The translations under genes and the position numbers were made by a program. Below, piece after piece: positions 8,574 through 18,404 of a stretch of DNA of 32,000 bases; the first letter of the stretch is position 1; each line of letters starts with the position of its first letter. The notes below the pieces were generated by a model. That model did no database searches, had not been told where the DNA came from, and saw nothing but the letters and a program-made list of their open reading frames with translations. Source of the stretch: Alkanindiges illinoisensis DSM 15370 (GTDB lineage: Bacteria; Pseudomonadota; Gammaproteobacteria; Pseudomonadales; Moraxellaceae); contig NZ_JHUX01000004.1 of assembly GCF_000619845.1 (NCBI RefSeq), positions 180,001 through 212,000 on the forward strand, in the 5' to 3' direction.

Positions 8574-9503
8574 CTACTGCTCACGGTTAAGTAAAAAACG
8601 GGCAATCCCTTCCAGCGGTTCCATGTCCTTGGCGCTATAAGGCAAGCTCTTTAAAGCATTAAAGGCGCGCTGGTGTAGATCCTGTGCCAATGCAGTGGCT
8701 TTATCCAGTCCAATAATGGAAGGATAAGTGGCTTTCTGGTTACGCTGGTCAAGGCCAGCCGTTTTGCCCAATGCTTCTGTACTTGCCGTCACATCCAGAA
8801 TGTCGTCCTGTACCTGATAGGCCAGCCCTAAAAATCCGCCAAATTCAATCAGCTGGCTATACAAGGAATCGCGCATTTCAATGCCAACACTGAGTGCGCC
8901 CATACCAATGGCAGCCTGGATGAGTGCACCAGTCTTGTTCAGGTGAATGGTTTCCAGATCCAGTTCACTAATGGTTTTGTTTTCCGCACTTAAATCCAGA
9001 ACCTGACCCTGCACCATACGATTGGCGGCTTGTGCCAGTACACAGGATTGCTGGCTGCTCACCACCATGTCACGCGGTGTTTTCTCGGTATCCTGTGAAA
9101 AATAATTACTGTTTAAGACTTCAAATGCCATGGTTTGCAGAATATCCCCCGCCAGCAAGGCTGTGGCTTCACCAAAAACCTTGTGACAGGTGGGCTGGCC
9201 GCGGCGTAGCTCATCGTCATCCATGCAAGGCAAGTCATCATGCACCAGTGAATAACAGTGGATCAGCTCGATTGCGACAGCAGCACGGCGCGCCGCAATA
9301 TTCAGGATTGGCTCATGCATAATGGCAGTGGCATAAGTGAGCGCGGGACGAATCCGCTTGCCGCCCAGCATGACTGCATGATGCACAGCTTCTTTAAGCG
9401 GTGATGGCAATAATTGCTGATCCAGAACAGTCTGCAAATCCAACTGGATGCGATCACGGGCTGCCGTTAAACTGTCTTGTTCTTCAGTGGTTAGCGTTAC
9501 CAT
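8574..9503 (-). CDS. ispA: (2E,6E)-farnesyl diphosphate synthase (polyprenyl synthetase family)
   Basis: The first Asp-rich motif is LVHDDLPCMDDDELRRG and the second is QVQDDILD. GGKRIRP lies upstream. The track ORF extends to a GTG at 9515; the first ATG is 9503. Confidence 0.9.
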   Translation of the reverse strand: MVTLTTEEQDSLTAARDRIQLDLQTVLDQQLLPSPLKEAVHHAVMLGGKRIRPALTYATAIMHEPILNIAARRAAVAIELIHCYSLVHDDLPCMDDDELRRGQPTCHKVFGEATALLAGDILQTMAFEVLNSNYFSQDTEKTPRDMVVSSQQSCVLAQAANRMVQGQVLDLSAENKTISELDLETIHLNKTGALIQAAIGMGALSVGIEMRDSLYSQLIEFGGFLGLAYQVQDDILDVTASTEALGKTAGLDQRNQKATYPSIIGLDKATALAQDLHQRAFNALKSLPYSAKDMEPLEGIARFLLNREQ

Positions 9504-9666
9504 GGAATTTCTCACGTATCATTTTATGTTTTAACTGATTGTGCCTTAACTAAAATAACAATCTGTATTTGTTGTGTTTTTGCATACAGCATTTTTGAAG
9601 AAAGCGCATTTGTTAGCTTCTACCAGCATCAGACTCATCAAAGCAGACAGCCTGAATCAAAAGCCA

Positions 9667-10011
9667 TCAGGCCTTTTTAACAAATTCGGATTTTAGCTTC
9701 ATGGCGCCAATGCCATCAATCTTGCAGTCTATATCATGGCCATCACTTGCATCCGGCAGCAAGCGAATATTCTTGACCTTGGTGCCAACCTTCACCACCA
9801 GCGATGAACCTTTAACTTTCAGGTCTTTAATGACGGTCACAGTATCGCCATCACTCAGTAGATTACCATTGGCATCTTTAATCGGTTGAACTTCATCAGC
9901 AGTGGCTGTATCAGTGGCGCTCCACTCATGGGCACATTCAGGGCAAATCAGTTGGCTTCCATCTTCGTAAGTATAGATGGACTGGCATTGCGGGCAGGCA
10001 GGTAAGCTCAT
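9667..10011 (-). CDS. yjdM: Zinc-ribbon protein YjdM/PhnA family
   Basis: The 114 aa protein has an N-terminal CPxC...CPxC zinc ribbon ([21 protein letters not shown]) and the conserved C-terminal domain ([19 protein letters not shown]...[18 protein letters not shown]). Confidence 0.9.
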   Translation of the reverse strand: MSLPACPQCQSIYTYEDGSQLICPECAHEWSATDTATADEVQPIKDANGNLLSDGDTVTVIKDLKVKGSSLVVKVGTKVKNIRLLPDASDGHDIDCKIDGIGAMKLKSEFVKKA

Positions 10012-10037
10012 ACGATATCCCCTAAAAAATTTAAGGG

Positions 10038-10043
10038 ATTATA
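10038..10043 (-). promoter_or_regulatory. Candidate -10 box (TATAAT) for yjdM
   Basis: A perfect TATAAT on the minus strand lies 27 nt upstream of the yjdM ATG, followed by the SD AGGGGA. I found no good -35. Confidence 0.3.
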
Positions 10044-10142
10044 CGGGATTTATGCAACCAAGACCTGCTTCATCACTACCAAAATGGACAACTCTTTCAA
10101 GTCGTACAAATGAAAAATGCAGGACATTGTTTGTTAAATACT

Positions 10143-10688
10143 TTATTTACTTTCATCAGACAGCAAGGCTACCTGCTGGACATAATTAACCAGTTTTTGC
10201 CGTGACTGTTGCTGGGTATTTTCATCACTGTTCTGGGTTATATCACGCTGCAAACGCAGGATATGCTGACGCAGGGTATGCCGCTCTGCCGCATGATACT
10301 GGCGCACAAAATCGTTAACGGCCTGATCGCCCTGTTCCAGCAAGCGGTCAATCCAGCGCATCAGTTGTGCCTGTTTTTTGGCCCCCTGCCGTGGCGATAG
10401 CGCACCCATGAGCACACTTTCATCTTCATTGCGCAATAGCTTGCCAATGCGCTGAAAATGCCGCCGTCGCGCCTCGAAGGATGTAATCTGCCCTAACTGT
10501 AGCAGGGCATCTTTTAATGCCTCATCAATCGGCAGTTTTTTAATCTGGTTGGCAGACAAGGTCGCCAGTTGCTCACCCAAGGCAGCAAAACGCTGTACAG
10601 CTTTTTTCTGTTCGGTCTTGCTGGGCCTGCCATCTAGGGCTTCCCATTCCTCTTCAATGGTCTTGCGTGATGCATTCTTGTATGGCAT
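10143..10688 (-). CDS. darP: Ribosome-associated protein YjgA/DarP (DUF615)
   Basis: This 181 aa, highly charged helical protein shows the family pattern (SKTEQKK...LGEQL..L...QIKKLPIDE.L.DAL). GGAGG lies 11 nt upstream, inside the ptsO 3' end. Only 3 nt separate the ptsO stop and this ATG. Confidence 0.8.
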   Translation of the reverse strand: MPYKNASRKTIEEEWEALDGRPSKTEQKKAVQRFAALGEQLATLSANQIKKLPIDEALKDALLQLGQITSFEARRRHFQRIGKLLRNEDESVLMGALSPRQGAKKQAQLMRWIDRLLEQGDQAVNDFVRQYHAAERHTLRQHILRLQRDITQNSDENTQQQSRQKLVNYVQQVALLSDESK

Positions 10689-10691
10689 GGG

Positions 10692-10961
10692 CTATTCTGC
10701 CTCCATAAAACGGGCAGCAAATAAGTCACGAATCGCCTCAAAGGCTTTGTCTTCATCTGGACCGTTAATCACTAAACGTAAGGTACTTCCCTTGCCTGCA
10801 CCCAGCATGAGCAGCGACATGATATTTTTGGCATCAATCAGGTTATTGCCACGACCCAGCTGGATATCGGAACGATAGCGGGTGGTGACTTCAATCAGGC
10901 GCCCGGAGGCGCGTGCATGTAAACCTAGTTTGTTAATGACATCTATGGTGGTATCTATCAT
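10692..10961 (-). CDS. ptsO: HPr-family phosphocarrier protein NPr (PTS-Ntr)
   Basis: The 89 aa protein starts at the internal ATG 10961 ([20 protein letters not shown]...), with the active-site His in the GLHARA context. This ATG overlaps the rapZ TGA (ATGA). The track's 103 aa version would overlap rapZ by 46 nt. Confidence 0.88.
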   Translation of the reverse strand: MIDTTIDVINKLGLHARASGRLIEVTTRYRSDIQLGRGNNLIDAKNIMSLLMLGAGKGSTLRLVINGPDEDKAFEAIRDLFAARFMEAE

Positions 10962-11809
10962 GACCAGTGCTTCATTTCTCGATGCAAGGTTTGGGTAGGC
11001 CATTGTAGCTTAAGTGCGTCGCTGAGTCTGTTTACCAGATAAACAGACCGGTGCTGTCCGCCTGTGCAGCCAATGGCAACGGTCAGGTAATGTCGATGGC
11101 TTTCGGCAAATACCGGCATCCATTTGCTCAGAAACTGATAAATGTCATCAAACATTCCATTTACATTTTTATCAGAACCTAAAAAATCTTGCACGTCTTT
11201 ATCAAGGCCTGTTTTGGGACGCAGTGCTGCTTGCCAGTGCGGATTTGGTAAATGGCGCACATCAAAGACAAAATCAGCATCCAGTGGAATACCATGCTTA
11301 TAGCCAAATGATTGCAAAATCAGAATCATCTGGTCGCCCTGCCCCATCTTGACGGTCAGGGTTTGCTTAAGCTCATGCACATTCAGGCTGCTGGTATCCA
11401 GTGTCAGGGTAGCGCGGTTGGCAACCGGTGCCAGCAGTGCTTCCTCGGCAACCAATGCTTCCTGCAAGGTGCTATAGCGATCAGCCAGCGGATGACGGCG
11501 ACGGGTTGCGCCAAAACGTGCCAGCAACACATCATCGCGTGCATTCAAAAATAGAACTTCAACTTCGCCATGTGCTTTAAGCTGCTCTAAAATGGATTCA
11601 AACTCCATCAGGTCAGAGCGCGGCGTACGTACATCCACACCCAGCGCCAGCATATCCAGATGGTTTTCCTGATCCAGCTTGGCCACGATTTCCGGCAATA
11701 GGGATAATGGCAAATTATCAATACTGTAATAGCCAATATCCTCCAGAATGTGCAGCGCAGAACTTTTCCCTGAACCGGAACGCCCGGATACAATAAGTAG
11801 TCTTTTCAC
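10958..11809 (-). CDS. rapZ: RNase adapter protein RapZ (YhbJ)
   Basis: The 283 aa protein has the Walker A motif GRSGSGKS near the N-terminus and the C-terminal CTGGQHRSV motif typical of RapZ. It has a GTG start preceded by a strong SD, GGGGGAAGG. Confidence 0.92.
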   Translation of the reverse strand: MKRLLIVSGRSGSGKSSALHILEDIGYYSIDNLPLSLLPEIVAKLDQENHLDMLALGVDVRTPRSDLMEFESILEQLKAHGEVEVLFLNARDDVLLARFGATRRRHPLADRYSTLQEALVAEEALLAPVANRATLTLDTSSLNVHELKQTLTVKMGQGDQMILILQSFGYKHGIPLDADFVFDVRHLPNPHWQAALRPKTGLDKDVQDFLGSDKNVNGMFDDIYQFLSKWMPVFAESHRHYLTVAIGCTGGQHRSVYLVNRLSDALKLQWPTQTLHREMKHWS

Positions 11810-11922
11810 CCTTCCCCCTGATACTTAAACAACTGATATTTCACTATTTGCAGGCAAGGTCTATCTAACTACGAAACTATGCGCCCAGTGTGTAGATTCA
11901 GTGTGTGGTTTCGGTTATTGAT

Positions 11923-12771
11923 TTAGTGAATACTCTTAATGTGCAGGTTATCAATCAGGCGGGTACTACCCAGCTTGGCGGCTGCCAGAATTATCATATC
12001 CTGCTGAATGTCATTTACCGGTTTCAGGTCAGGCGTACGGGCTTCCAGATAATCCACCACAAAACCCTGGCTGGCCAGGTAGTCACGACCACGCTGCAAG
12101 ATGGCATCCAGATCAGTCTGTCCCGATTTAATGTCCTGCTCCACCATTTTCAGGGTCTGATAAATCTGGATGGCCGTTTGTTTTTCTTCAGAAGATAAAT
12201 ACCCGTTACGTGAACTTAAGGCCAGCCCTTGTTCATCACGCACAATCGGCACCCCAATAATATCAATGGAAAAACACAGATCCGTGGTGAGGTGACGAAT
12301 GACTGCCAGTTGCTGCCAGTCCTTTTCACCAAAAAATGCGGCATTGGGCTGTACCATGTTGAATAGCTTGGTAACTACCGTTGCCACTCCCGTAAAATGT
12401 CCGGGACGGCTTTTGCCACATAAGTCATTGGCAATATCATCAACCTGTACGGTGGTCAGCTGCGGCTTGTTGCCATACATCTGCTGCACACTGGGCGCAA
12501 AAATCATATCGCAGCCGGCATCAGCCAGTAACTGGCTATCCGCTTCCAGCGTGCGTGGATATTTTTCAAAGTCCTCGCCTGCCCCAAACTGGGTGGGATT
12601 GACAAAAATACTGACCACCACCACATCACAGTATTTTTTGGCTTCCTTAACCAAGGCAATATGGCCCTGATGCAGATTGCCCATGGTAGGCACAAAACCA
12701 ATGCTCTTGCGAGCCAGACGTACCGGGCTTAGCGCAGCCTGTAGGCCTTGCAGGGTTACTTCAGTTCTCAT
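11923..12771 (-). CDS. panC: Pantoate--beta-alanine ligase
   Basis: The 282 aa protein has the HIGH-like motif [10 protein letters not shown], plus FVNPTQF and GEKDWQQ motifs characteristic of PanC. Confidence 0.95.
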   Translation of the reverse strand: MRTEVTLQGLQAALSPVRLARKSIGFVPTMGNLHQGHIALVKEAKKYCDVVVVSIFVNPTQFGAGEDFEKYPRTLEADSQLLADAGCDMIFAPSVQQMYGNKPQLTTVQVDDIANDLCGKSRPGHFTGVATVVTKLFNMVQPNAAFFGEKDWQQLAVIRHLTTDLCFSIDIIGVPIVRDEQGLALSSRNGYLSSEEKQTAIQIYQTLKMVEQDIKSGQTDLDAILQRGRDYLASQGFVVDYLEARTPDLKPVNDIQQDMIILAAAKLGSTRLIDNLHIKSIH

Positions 12772-12916
12772 TTTTTATAACTCTGTCACTTTTTGGCTAA
12801 TTTTGATGGCGATGTATAAACACAGGCTTGTTAAGGGATTGAATCCTGTTTCAGTCTTGCCGTCAGGTTAACTTGCTTTAATCCTGCAAATCCACCGACG
12901 GCTAAACGGCTTAAAT

Positions 12917-13723
12917 TTATAGTTCAATTTGAAAGGTATGCTCGGGTGCTGGATAGGTTCCTTCACGCACCGCCTGATGATAGCTTTTAAAAGCCTCAAC
13001 AATTGGGTTTTCGCCCTGCTGATCTTGTAAAAAGTTGCGTACAAAACGCGCTGATTTGCCAAAGGTCAGGCCCAGCATGTCCTGCATCACCAGTACCTGA
13101 CCATCACAATGCAGGCCAGCACCAATACCAATGACGGGTACTCCAAAACGTGATTGTACTTCCTTGGCTGCCTGCACGGGCACGCATTCCAGCAAGAGCA
13201 TGGCAGCACCAGCTTCAACCACAGCTTCGCAATCGGCCAGCAACTGGTCGGCGGCGCTACGGGTTTTGGCCTGCACCTTATAGCCACCAAAAACATTTAC
13301 CGACTGTGGGGTCAAACCCAGATGCACACAGGTCGGAATGCCACCCTGCGCCAGCACACGAACGGTATCAGCCAGCCATGCCCCGCCTTCGATCTTGATC
13401 ATTTGCGCCCCGGCCTGCATCACCTGACGTGCCGAATCAATGGCTTCCGGCAAGGTGCTATAACTCATAAATGGCAGGTCGGCAATAATCAGTGCATGCT
13501 GGTTGCCACGGCGCACGGCACGGGTATGGTAGGCCATGTCCTGTACTGTTACTGGCAATGTTGAATCATGTCCCTGAATGGTCATTCCCAGTGAATCCCC
13601 AATCAGGATGGTATCAATCTGCGCCACTTCCATTGCCTTGGCCATGGTTGCATCATAGCAGGTCAGGCAGGAAAAGCGGGTACCTTCTGCCTTGTACTGT
13701 TGCAACTTGCTTAGACTAATCAT
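12917..13723 (-). CDS. panB: 3-methyl-2-oxobutanoate hydroxymethyltransferase
   Basis: PanB signatures present are LTCYD, GDSLGM and KIEGG. I prefer the ATG at 13723 (MISLSKLQQYK...). It gives the usual ~268 aa and has GGAGA 8 nt upstream. The track's 307 aa start at 13840 would overlap folK. Confidence 0.9.
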   Translation of the reverse strand: MISLSKLQQYKAEGTRFSCLTCYDATMAKAMEVAQIDTILIGDSLGMTIQGHDSTLPVTVQDMAYHTRAVRRGNQHALIIADLPFMSYSTLPEAIDSARQVMQAGAQMIKIEGGAWLADTVRVLAQGGIPTCVHLGLTPQSVNVFGGYKVQAKTRSAADQLLADCEAVVEAGAAMLLLECVPVQAAKEVQSRFGVPVIGIGAGLHCDGQVLVMQDMLGLTFGKSARFVRNFLQDQQGENPIVEAFKSYHQAVREGTYPAPEHTFQIEL

Positions 13724-13821
13724 GAGATATTCTCCGTGGCCAGATAGGGAAATAACAGCAACTGGTATCATTGCCGTAATGATGGCTTCGCTTAACTGCT
13801 GATTGTTTAGGATAAAGCTGC

Positions 13822-14361
13822 CTAAGAAGAAGCTACCCAAGATGAATCAGCAATCTGGCAAATACCCTTAGACTCTTGTGCAGCAAGACAATCCTTGATG
13901 GGCATGTCAGCAATATGCAACTGCGCATCAAGTTCAAGCAGCGGAATCACTACAAAATTGCGTTGCAGGATGCCGACATGCGGAATGGTGAGTTCCGGTG
14001 TATCAATGCATTGTTCAGCATATAGCAGGATATCCAGATCCAGCGTGCGTTCACCCCAGCGGCGCAGGCGAATACGGCCAGCCTGCTGTTCAATCTGTTG
14101 CAGTGCAGCCAGTAGTTCATGTGCGGTTAGCTGGGTTTCAAAGCCAGCCACCGCATTCAAATAATCCGGCTGGTCTTGCGGTCCCATTGGTTTGCTCAAG
14201 TACAAGCCAGATACGCGCACCAAACCCGTGGACAGCTTTTTTAGCGCCTGTACGGCCTGCTGCAAAATCTGTCTGGAATTGCCACTGTCATTGGACAGGT
14301 TGCTACCCAGCCCAATATAAACCAGATGGCTTTCTACAAGATAATTGGCCGCCACACTCAT
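13822..14361 (-). CDS. folK: 2-amino-4-hydroxy-6-hydroxymethyldihydropteridine diphosphokinase (HPPK)
   Basis: The 179 aa protein shows the HPPK pattern: YIGLGSNL, RWGERTLDLDILLY and PHVGILQRNFVVIPL. Its ATG overlaps the pcnB TGA (ATGA), the classical pcnB-folK operon arrangement. Confidence 0.93.
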   Translation of the reverse strand: MSVAANYLVESHLVYIGLGSNLSNDSGNSRQILQQAVQALKKLSTGLVRVSGLYLSKPMGPQDQPDYLNAVAGFETQLTAHELLAALQQIEQQAGRIRLRRWGERTLDLDILLYAEQCIDTPELTIPHVGILQRNFVVIPLLELDAQLHIADMPIKDCLAAQESKGICQIADSSWVASS

Positions 14362-15857
14362 TTATTGCGGCCCATTTCCACCTGAAACTGCTCGCGCGGC
14401 TTGCGGCGACGGCGCGTAATCGGATGATTGGCATTTTGAACAGTCTTACTGGATGCAATCACGGCATGATCCAGCGAGTTATCAATTGCGCGGGCAACCT
14501 CGGCATTTTTTGAAGCACGGCGGCGCGCGGCTGGCCGGGTAGACGCCAGATCAGGAATTGATAAAATCACTTCATCGGTATCATCTGCGCTATCAGTAAC
14601 ACTGTCATCAGCAACATGACCCTCAGCAACCCGCTTGCGCTTGTCACGGATCAGCTGGCGGTTGTATTTCTGGATGGCACGCTCTTTGTCATCGGTGCTG
14701 AGTTCCTGATAGTCATGCCACCACTGCCCCATACCCTGCGTGCCGGTATCGCCAGATTGCTCACGCAAATACAGGAAATCATAGGCAGCACGGAAACGCG
14801 CATGTGTTGCCAGTGCTGGAATCTGGCGGGTTCGGGGTTCAATCAGCCGCGGCTGCATTTCCCACACTTCACGGATAAAGTTTTCTGAATAACGCGGAAT
14901 AGCGGTTCTTAATGCCTGACGCCGTAGTGTATCCATCCCGGCCTGCGTGCGTGCTTCCACATCAGGCAAGCCTTTGTCTTTTAAAAGTTGTAGGCGCTTT
15001 AAATAAGCTTCCCACAGCAGCACCGCATAGAAAAATGCCGGATTAATGCTCTTGCCCTGCTTGATGCGCTGATCGGTATTAACCGCAGCCCGCTCAATAA
15101 ATGGCGTGACCTGTTGTGGCACATCAGCAAACAGCTGCGACCAGATATGATGCTTAATCAGTAGCGGCAATAATTCAGTGAGATGACCAGCACTAAACAT
15201 TTTCTGGCTTTCATCATACAACCGGTGCGGCGACACTTCGCGCAGCAGCACGGTCATATCGGGAATCAGAATATTGAGGATGGGCTGGTCAATGCTAAAG
15301 TTCAGCTTGGCCGCAAAGCGCAGCACACGCAACATGCGCACCGGATCCTCCTCAAAGCGTTGCACCGGATCACCCAGCAGACGCAGTTTCTTATTCTTGA
15401 TATCATCCAGCGCATGGCAAAAATCCAGCAGCTTGTTTTTATGCGGCTGGTAGTACAGCGTGTTAATAGAAAAATCGCGTCGCGCATAATCCTGCTGAAT
15501 GGTGCCCCAGGCATTATCACGCAGCACCATGCCACTGGCACTGGTCTGGGCCTGCCGTGGTGGGGCGCGGAAAGTGGCAACTTCAATCATGTCACGGCCA
15601 ATAAACACGTGCGCCAGCTCAAAGCGACGGCCAATAATACGGCAACGGCGGCCAAATGTTTCACGGATCTGGGACGGGGTGGCATTGGTCACCGCATCAA
15701 AATCCTTGGGATGCAAGCCCAGCAGCAAATCACGGACACTGCCACCAACAATGTAGGCTTCATATCCTGCTTTGGTCAGGGTGTCGATAACTTCCACAAT
15801 GGCCGGTGACAATAAGGCAATTGATAAACCATAGTCAGACGCGCGCAAAGTTTGCAC
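14358..15857 (-). CDS. pcnB: Poly(A) polymerase I
   Basis: The 499 aa protein has the nucleotidyltransferase head domain (YIVGGSVRDLLLGLHPKDFD). Conserved RRDFSINTLYY and a basic C-terminal tail are present. It lies upstream of folK. Confidence 0.93.
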   Translation of the reverse strand: MQTLRASDYGLSIALLSPAIVEVIDTLTKAGYEAYIVGGSVRDLLLGLHPKDFDAVTNATPSQIRETFGRRCRIIGRRFELAHVFIGRDMIEVATFRAPPRQAQTSASGMVLRDNAWGTIQQDYARRDFSINTLYYQPHKNKLLDFCHALDDIKNKKLRLLGDPVQRFEEDPVRMLRVLRFAAKLNFSIDQPILNILIPDMTVLLREVSPHRLYDESQKMFSAGHLTELLPLLIKHHIWSQLFADVPQQVTPFIERAAVNTDQRIKQGKSINPAFFYAVLLWEAYLKRLQLLKDKGLPDVEARTQAGMDTLRRQALRTAIPRYSENFIREVWEMQPRLIEPRTRQIPALATHARFRAAYDFLYLREQSGDTGTQGMGQWWHDYQELSTDDKERAIQKYNRQLIRDKRKRVAEGHVADDSVTDSADDTDEVILSIPDLASTRPAARRRASKNAEVARAIDNSLDHAVIASSKTVQNANHPITRRRRKPREQFQVEMGRNK

Positions 15858-16020
15858 AGACGGCAGGCTCCTAAAGGCAAATGCAACAACTAATAATGCG
15901 GCTGATAATAGCCTGTTGCCCGGTAATGAGCAATTATGCTTGGGTTTTTTTTCTTAACGGGCAAGCGCTCGCCAGCATTACCACTACATGGATTAAGGCT
16001 AAGCGCCTGCAAAATATCCG

Positions 16021-16530
16021 TTAGTTGAGACGAATCCGGTCACGGTTTTTCTCAAGGGTGGCTGGGCCAATTCCCTTTACAGCCAGCAAATCTTCCGGCT
16101 GTTTGAATTTTCCGTTTTGTTGCCGGTATTCCACAATGGCTTTGGCCTTTGCTGGGCCAACCCCAACCAGCGTATTGCTTAGGCTGGCTTCATCTGCCGT
16201 ATTGATATTGATTGGCGTACTGCTTTTTTGCGAGGCAGACTTTTTGCCCGCCGTTACAGTTTTGTTTGCCGCAGGATTTTTAACCGTAGTGCTATTGGTT
16301 GCAGCACCAGGGCTTGTTGTAGTTTTGCGGGTTGCGGTACGCTGCTGGGCCAGAATTTGGTCATGCTGCTGTTGCTGGCGCGCATATTCATCAAAGCTGG
16401 TGTGCAATTCACGCGGCGGGTCGGCTTGTACCGGGCTAATCATGCTGAGCAGCCCTAACAGTACTAAGTCCAGCCACGTTAACAGCTTAGCCCTGTCATG
16501 CTTTGATTGATAAAATTTTTTGTTCATCAT
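16021..16530 (-). CDS. comEA: ComEA-family DNA-binding competence protein (helix-hairpin-helix)
   Basis: The protein has an N-terminal membrane/signal segment and a low-complexity linker. The C-terminal tandem HhH reads ININTADEASLSNTLVGVGPAKAKAIVEYRQQNGKFKQPEDLLAVKGIGPATLEKNRDRI. Confidence 0.88.
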   Translation of the reverse strand: MMNKKFYQSKHDRAKLLTWLDLVLLGLLSMISPVQADPPRELHTSFDEYARQQQQHDQILAQQRTATRKTTTSPGAATNSTTVKNPAANKTVTAGKKSASQKSSTPININTADEASLSNTLVGVGPAKAKAIVEYRQQNGKFKQPEDLLAVKGIGPATLEKNRDRIRLN

Positions 16531-16645
16531 TGCTCTCTTTCACTTTTATTTTAACATGCTGTTTTTGAAAATTTAAAGTATATTGTTCTTAAAAATACTG
16601 GATAAAACCCAATTTCAAAAAATCAGGCTTAATTCTTTTCCTGCA

Positions 16646-17440
16646 TTACTTTTTCAGGTGAATCTTGGCCTGTTCCCACAGGATATCCATGTCGTGCAAA
16701 TTGCTTTGCTCAGGCGTTATCCCCTGTGCAGCCAACTGGTCTTCAATATAGGCAAACCGCTGGCGAAATTTGGCGACTGTACCCAGTAAAGCGGTTTCAC
16801 TTTGAACATTGAGCTTGCGTGCCACATTGATCAGGGCAAAAAAGCAGTCGCCCAGTTCATCTGCAATCTGCGCACTATCCTGATGACTGATAGCCTGCTC
16901 CAGCTCGGCAATTTCTTCATACAGCTTGTCTTTGGCACCCTGCACATCCGGCCAGTCAAAGCCCAGTTTGGCTGCCTGCTTTTGCAAGTCCTGTGCCTGC
17001 ATCAGCGCTGGCCCCGGCTTGATCTCATCCAGACGACGGCGCGGAGTTTTACCTTCATTTAACCGCTCGGTTTGCTTCACCTGCTCCCATAGCTGATTCA
17101 CTTCAGTCTGGCTGGTTGCACTGGCCTCGCTAAATACATGCGGATGACGGCGGATCAGTTTGTGCGCCAAGCTATTCACCACATCACTAAAGTTAAAGGC
17201 CTGATTTTTACCAAAGGCAGGCTCGCTAAACATTTGTGCCTGAAACACCACCTGTAGCAGCAAGTCGCCCAGTTCATCGCGAATATCCGCAAGATGTCCC
17301 GACTGAATGGCAGCCTCAACCTCATAAGCTTCCTCAATGGCATAGCGGGTCAGGCTTTTTGGGGTTTGTGCCTTGTCCCACGGGCATTCATTACGCAAGC
17401 GCTGCATGATATGCAGCAGGTCATCAAGCTGGTAGGTTGA
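16646..17440 (-). CDS. mazG: Nucleoside triphosphate pyrophosphohydrolase MazG
   Basis: Tandem MazG domains carry EExxE/ExxxD-type motifs (AIEEAYEV...ELGDLLLQVVF and LYEEIAELEQA...ELGDCFFALINV), and CPWD lies near the N-terminus. The start is uncertain: ATGs at 17440 (MSTYQ...), 17464 (AGGA upstream) and 17512 are all open. Confidence 0.88.
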   Translation of the reverse strand, partial: STYQLDDLLHIMQRLRNECPWDKAQTPKSLTRYAIEEAYEVEAAIQSGHLADIRDELGDLLLQVVFQAQMFSEPAFGKNQAFNFSDVVNSLAHKLIRRHPHVFSEASATSQTEVNQLWEQVKQTERLNEGKTPRRRLDEIKPGPALMQAQDLQKQAAKLGFDWPDVQGAKDKLYEEIAELEQAISHQDSAQIADELGDCFFALINVARKLNVQSETALLGTVAKFRQRFAYIEDQLAAQGITPEQSNLHDMDILWEQAKIHLKK

Positions 17441-17548
17441 CATTTTTTCTGATTCGCACCACATTGGTTTATCCTGCGCATTAAACACAAAAAGTGCCAG
17501 ACTGCACAACATTAAACAATTTTAAATCGGTTTTTCAGGAGTTTTGCC

Positions 17549-18322
17549 ATGTCCAAGGCCATTTTTATTACCGGTGCAGGCGCTGGCATCGGTGCAGCAA
17601 CGGCCCAGCTTTTTTTGAACAAGGGCTGGCGTGTGGGTCTGTATGACCTTGATGTTAGTGCTATGCAGGCAGTTGCCGCACAGTATCCACAGGATCAGGT
17701 TCTCACAGGCTGGCTGGACGTTACCCAGCCGGAAGCATGGCAAGAAGCACTGGCCGGTTTTTTTGCATGGGCAGGCCGGCTGGATGTGTTACTGAACAAC
17801 GCGGGCATTTTATTTTCCGGCCCATTTGAGCAAACACCGCTGGCCCAGCATGCCAAAACGCTTAATGTGAATGTGCAGGGTGTGATGAATGGCTGCCACA
17901 ACGCACTGCCCTATTTAAAGCAAACCAAAGAGGCCTGTGTAATTAATCTATCCTCCGCCTCAGCGATTTATGGTCAGGCTGATCTGGCCAGTTATTCATC
18001 CAGCAAGTTTGCCGTGCGCGGCCTGACCGAAGCACTGAACATTGAATGGCACAAATATGGTATTCGCGTGATGGATATCATGCCATTGTTTGTACAAACC
18101 GGCATGGTTACTGATATGAATGCCTCCAGCATTAAACGTATGGGCGTTAATCTTACTGCCAGTGATGTGGCCAATACAGTCTATAAGGCCGCTACTGCAT
18201 CGCCTGCGCTGGCACTGGTACACTGGCCGGTTGGCCTGCCTGCTAAGTTAATGTTTACCCTGTCACGCTTAAGCCCGCAACTCCTGAACGAAAAGGTAAA
18301 CCAGTGGCTGACGCGCGGCTAG
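17549..18322 (+). CDS. Short-chain dehydrogenase/reductase (SDR) family oxidoreductase
   Basis: It has the Rossmann motif TGAGAGIG, an NNAG motif, and the catalytic S...YxxxK (YSSSK). The substrate is not inferable. Confidence 0.85.
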   Translation: MSKAIFITGAGAGIGAATAQLFLNKGWRVGLYDLDVSAMQAVAAQYPQDQVLTGWLDVTQPEAWQEALAGFFAWAGRLDVLLNNAGILFSGPFEQTPLAQHAKTLNVNVQGVMNGCHNALPYLKQTKEACVINLSSASAIYGQADLASYSSSKFAVRGLTEALNIEWHKYGIRVMDIMPLFVQTGMVTDMNASSIKRMGVNLTASDVANTVYKAATASPALALVHWPVGLPAKLMFTLSRLSPQLLNEKVNQWLTRG

Positions 18323-18404
18323 TTTTAATTGACTAATGTTTTAAATTTCAATACATTGAAAGCCAATAATCACAACGATAGCCTTGCCTACTCAGGAGCG
18401 CATC

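Noticed and set aside
10962-11003. 14-codon N-terminal extension of ptsO in the ORF track
   Set aside because: It would overlap rapZ by 46 nt. The ATG at 10961 forms a classic ATGA stop/start overlap and gives the standard ~89-aa HPr-family length.
12772-12916. 145-nt panB-panC spacer with a short palindrome (ggattgaatcc) and a repeated caggatt motif
   Set aside because: The palindrome has a 1-nt centre, so it cannot form an RNA hairpin, and the repeats are only 7 nt. That is within chance expectation, and I cannot support a regulatory call.
13724-13840. 39-codon N-terminal extension of panB in the ORF track, overlapping folK by 19 nt
   Set aside because: The internal ATG at 13723 has a GGAGA SD and gives the canonical PanB length and N-terminus. 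The extension (MGSFFLGSFILNN...) looks non-homologous.
15183-15809. 208-aa plus-strand ORF inside pcnB. Similar long antisense ORFs occur at 24170..24922 in cysM, 16025..16510 in comEA, 20936..21352 in relA and 13154..13564 in panB.
   Set aside because: All lie entirely within, and antisense to, strongly supported conserved genes. They have no SD and their composition is typical of shadow ORFs in GC-moderate DNA.
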